A stretch of DNA of 64,000 bases from a virus: positions 64,001 through 128,000 of the IMG/VR virus record IMGVR_UViG_3300027804_000039. One strand, 5' to 3'. The translations under genes were made by a program, and so were the position numbers. This document shows, in pieces, positions 63,689 through 64,000 of the stretch; position 1 is the first letter of the stretch; every line of letters begins with the position of its first letter. Under the pieces are notes generated by a model, which saw nothing but the letters and a program-made list of their open reading frames with translations, was not told where the DNA came from and made no database searches.

Positions 63689-63891
63689 GGTGCATCCTAG
63701 CAATTAGGTATTTATCGCGAAGCGCTGGCGCGGTAGATATCCTAGCCGCAAAGCGGTGCGCGAAAATTTTTGATGCGCCTCAGTAGTCCAGTCCCAGTTC
63801 ATTTCATTCACCGGTTGGCCATTCGTTTAGTCCAGAGACAGCGGCCCCGGACTAAACTCTGGGTGATAAATATACAAAAGAGGATACCGCC

Positions 63892-64000
63892 GTGAAACAA
63901 ATACCCGAATACATTGTAAAAGCGCACAGCAGAAAGTTAAACATGACCCAGCGTGAACTTAATCTTATGAGTGCTCACCCTCGATCAGCAGCTGACGCAC
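63892..64000 (+). CDS. Partial hypothetical protein (runs off the right edge)
   Basis: TAAATA 63867-63872, AGAGGA SD, GTG start: MKQIPEYIVKAHSRKLNMTQREL... Confidence 0.5.
   Translation, partial: MKQIPEYIVKAHSRKLNMTQRELNLMSAHPRSAADA

Noticed and set aside
1-64000. Stop-codon reassignment (alternative genetic code)
   Set aside because: Known genes (dnaK, nrdA, nrdB, hemA) are full length in code 11, and TAA, TAG and TGA all act as terminators.

Overview
This window is a 64 kb segment of a large, AT-rich, T4-like (myovirus/jumbo-type) phage genome, almost entirely coded on the minus strand. It is not a bacterial chromosome. Evidence: dense gene packing, NrdA/NrdB plus glutaredoxin, a PAAR-like spike protein, a recurring T4-late-type (TA)TAAATA promoter box just upstream of structural and 'internal protein' genes, and near-consensus sigma70 promoters ahead of early/middle genes. 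The DnaK and IscU/IscA look beta/gammaproteobacterial, which suggests a proteobacterial host (inference). The most striking elements are: (1) at 1-8.4 kb, a late-expressed cell-envelope module csgF-csgG(+SH3)-curlin-FecR protein-autotransporter adhesin-CHASE2 class III cyclase, a candidate phage-encoded amyloid-secretion and trans-envelope signalling system; (2) two ROSE-like RNA thermometers in front of hsp20 and dnaK; (3) two genes with an identical TCA-AAA-AAA-AAG slippery site whose -1 frame is a long open extension without a convincing start of its own (candidate programmed frameshifts); (4) at least 12 proteins with an N-terminus resembling the T4 capsid-targeting sequence, including a nucleotidyltransferase, a HAD-deaminase fusion, an HExxH protein, a lysozyme and an M23 peptidase; (5) tetrapyrrole/iron genes (ALA synthase, heme oxygenase, PcyX-type bilin reductase, IscU/IscA, YbaN, CDGSH-like); and (6) a tandem array of about 10 small paralogues at 55-60 kb. 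No tRNA, rRNA or CRISPR array was recognised. All product calls come from motif recognition by eye; no database search was run.
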